NCBI GenBank assembly: GCA_950097015.1
Contig: CATNEN010000001.1
Span: 20,150,001-20,214,000 of the forward strand
DNA: 64,000 nt
From: Macrostomum hystrix
Taxonomy: Eukaryota; Animalia; Platyhelminthes
Direction of reading: 5' to 3'
Below the pieces are notes generated by a model, which did not search any database, was not told the origin of the DNA, and saw only the letters and a list, made by a program, of their open reading frames with translations. Below, in pieces: positions 60,901-64,000 of the stretch; positions within the stretch are counted from its first letter, which is position 1, and every line of letters begins with the position of its first letter. Both the position numbers and the translations under genes were made by a program.

Positions 60901-63566
60901 TTACAATTCGATTTCAGGGATCACTGCAACTGTTGAACTTAGCCTCCGGAACTTTTCTCTAACCAAGCGAATTTCGTTGTCCAGATTCTCGTGTCCCTTG
61001 TCACTTATTACATCCATCTGTCGCAAGCTGAACTCCACGTGCTCAACTTTGTCGCTGTAGTGAGCCAGAGTGAGCAGCTCCTCCAAGTCCGGGTCCTCTT
61101 GCAGCTCTGAGCGCCACGCGTCGAAGTCGATTTCTGTGCGATTGCGGAGCAGCTCAGCTTGGAGACTCCAGCTCAGGCAGCGGAAGTTCACGTACAGGTG
61201 GGAGGAGCGAGGCTGTGACAGTCTGGCTGTGAGCAGAGTCTGCGTGAACTCGGGAAGGAATAAAAAACTTGGCAGAGTTTTGCACGGGAAACAGAATCGC
61301 CATGCCCAGTCTGAATTTGTCAGAAGTAACTTGTGTAATTCACCAGGAAACAGTCCGCGTTTAACTGTGTGTTTCTTAAGCTTTAATGAAACATTTTCAG
61401 CTTCATTGATTTCACGGAACCTTTTGTGCACCATAGCTTTAAGGCATAATGCGGTGCAATGACACCAGCGAATTTCAAGCAGTCCTTTGAGAAGACTATC
61501 AATATCGCTTCTCTGTATCTTCGAAAAATTGTTATCTTGTAACTCGGTCAAGCAGATATTTATAATTTTCATTACTTTTGCAGGAACTTCCTTTGGCAAT
61601 TGCGTAGTAAAATTGGTTTCCTCGCTAAACGGCAGCAAAGTAAACAGGTGGAAATAGAACTTCTCGGACTGCAGACGTCTCGTGCATTTTTTCACCAACT
61701 CAACAGTGCCGCTGATGTCGCTTCTCAGCTCTCTCAGTCGTTCTCTTACCCTAGCCTTTTTGTTGTCAAAGTCACCGCCGATTCCAGCGTTCTTGAAGTA
61801 GAGCGGAGCGTCGGACACGAAGAAGTGCGGCATGCACTCATCGGGTGAGCTGCGTGAGTCGATGAAGCTCAGCATCATGTCGAGAGACTCCTTCAGCAGT
61901 GTGATCAGATTTTGAGGCTGCCAAGCTTTAGTATTTGGGTCTGTACCATGCTTCTCCAGCATGAAGAAGAGCAGAGTCTTTGCATGGTAGGTCTTGAGTC
62001 CAGGCGCTTGTTTAGTGAGTCTCTTGAATACAATTTTAATGATTGTCAACAGTTGGCCTTGAACGGTGCTGAGTTCTCTGATAATGGACTTCTCATGCAA
62101 GCTGAAGCTAACTCTGAGTTCGTTGTCGTGGTTCGGTCTTGTGGCTTTTACCAGATGAAGCTTTTGGTGTGAATGATTAAAGCGTATGATCATGTTGCGA
62201 CAAAGATTGCTGCACGTTAGAATAACCAAAACAATATCCATGGCAGGACGCACACCCATCGCTCCGATACTCAATGCCGGCTGACATCCTGTGTGTTTGA
62301 AAATATTGTGTGTAGGTTGGGCATGAAAATTGGCCATTTAAGGTAAGAATAATTATAACTCCTGGTTAATCTTCTCTTTGATAGGACATCCCATCATGAC
62401 ATTTTGATATACAGCTATGGCTCCAGGTTCTGATCCCAGGGGTAGAAGGGGAATAGGTCTCACCCTCCCCTTCCCTAATCCCAACTGAGCACAGAGACTT
62501 TCAAAGTTAGTACTTCTTATTAGAGTAGTTGTTACCACCTTTTGTGAGAATGGACTCCCGTAACTTGACTCAAACTAGATAGGGGCCCTGGGGCTTCCCC
62601 CAATGTTACGAACGAATGGAGAAAATGGCGCCGTTAAGGGCAGCACATGAACAGTGCACTTGCAAGTGAGAAGTAGGCTTCCTGCTTTCAGGTTGGTTTG
62701 GGGCACTCTGGATGGATTTTACAACATTAGCTAATAAAAAATACAGCCTTCAGTATGTGCAAAAACTATTTTTTTACGCCTAGCCTACAAGCCTAGAAGC
62801 CTAATGCTAATATTCAATAGCCTAAGACAGAAGGCCTTTTGTTTACAAAGTTAGTTCACTATCGCTCTTTAAGTTTAAACTTCTCACTCAAAAAATCATG
62901 ATTGGAACTTACGTACCACCAGAAAAATATCGGTAAATACAGTCTAGCTACCCAAACCACATCCCATTACAAACGGAGTCCAACAGAGCTGCCTCTTTCT
63001 CCATTATTTTTGTACTCGTACATAGGTCCACTCACTTTAATTCTTAATAAATCCTTCCTTAGTGGCACGTAAATTCCCTTTTAACACACCAAAGATAAGT
63101 CTCTATAGAGAGCCTACATTACTGTTTCAAATGAAATGTACATAAATATCGGTCTTGCACCAGAATGATCACGCAAATTTTACATTACGACAAACATTGC
63201 AAATATTAAAAAAATGTACCTGAACTGACATGCACCTGTGCATGTCCTTGTACGACGCGTCGCTTATCTGTACGATTGCAAATGCAGCCTCCTTCAAGGT
63301 GAATGACTGGTCCTTTTTTCATCGTAACCCAGTCAATATCTGAGTCGTATGATATCTTTCCATTCACCTGCTCGAGATTGTTCGTCCAGCCCTCTCCGTA
63401 GCTGCCCGCAACAAACCATTGGCACTTATGGATCGATCGAGCGACACCTTCCAGCAGATCAGCCATTTCTTGTTGACACTTCAGTCGCTCTTGAACGTAT
63501 CCAGCTTCGTTAAGACATCGATGCAGCTCTTCACTTAGCTGTTTGTCGCTGGCTTCGCCACATCTA
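60901..63566 (-). CDS. Mab-21/cGAS-like nucleotidyltransferase (cGLR candidate). Exons 63566/63563-63220 and 62288-60901; the start exon is probably upstream or outside the window.
   Basis: GSYGEG...SDID catalytic motif, third Asp in MDIVLV, and Mab-21 motifs LRVSFSLHEK and LKTYHAKTLLF. Phase-1 GT-AG junction VSSG|CQP. Tandem TAGTAG acceptor. Confidence 0.88.
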
Positions 63567-64000
63567 CTAGAGGGGGGTGAGGGGTGTGACCGCTTGTAAC
63601 TGTAGTGGGATTCGAAGGTATACAGTAAAATGTTCAACAGTGCAGCAGATGCAGTGCCAAGCTCGCATCACATTTTGAGCAACACGTCACAGCTTCTCTA
63701 TGTTACCGAGTGTTTTCGTAGCTACAGAACATTCTTATAACGACAAAATCTTATAACGACAGCATTACCTGATACTGTGATATAGTATCTGGCAAGCTCT
63801 AGCTAGTACACGAGCGTGATAAAAAATAATGTTCATAATTTGTTCACATGTGATCTAAGCACAAATGATTTTTCAACCTGATCAAAGAGCATACATATTA
63901 GCCCACTTCAATCCTCTTGAGAAATCTAGAAAACAAAGCACTATTTGATGGCTTAAAAACTAATTTAATACAATTTGCAAAGCATATAAAAATATTTTTG

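Overview
This is eukaryotic (metazoan invertebrate) genomic DNA. It has spliceosomal GT-AG introns, GC-richer exons in an AT-rich background, and an extreme load of 11-45 bp minisatellites. The style resembles the flatworm Macrostomum, but that is an inference and is unverified. Seven protein-coding loci can be reconstructed by hand: (1) the 5' part of an aminergic, histamine-H1-like GPCR (minus, runs off the left edge); (2) an intronless CD36/SCARB scavenger receptor (minus); (3) LRRC34 (2 coding exons); (4) a giant ~1,720-aa SUN1/UNC-84-type nuclear envelope protein (6 coding exons, four missed by the ORF track); (5) a second, 3-exon CD36/SCARB paralogue; (6) an intronless 1,694-aa Ser/Thr-rich repeat protein of unknown family; and (7) a Mab-21/cGAS-like nucleotidyltransferase (cGLR candidate) followed by decayed tandem-copy remnants. 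Mobile DNA includes a tRNA-derived SINE family (two full copies with TSDs), a hAT/Charlie-type MITE carrying a minisatellite, a MULE-like MITE with a 9-bp TSD, a foldback MITE, and LINE and Merlin/ISXO2 remnants. Most other ORFs in the track are artefacts of tandem repeats. There are no CRISPR arrays, rRNA genes or true tRNA genes. All family assignments come from motif recognition by eye, not database searches.
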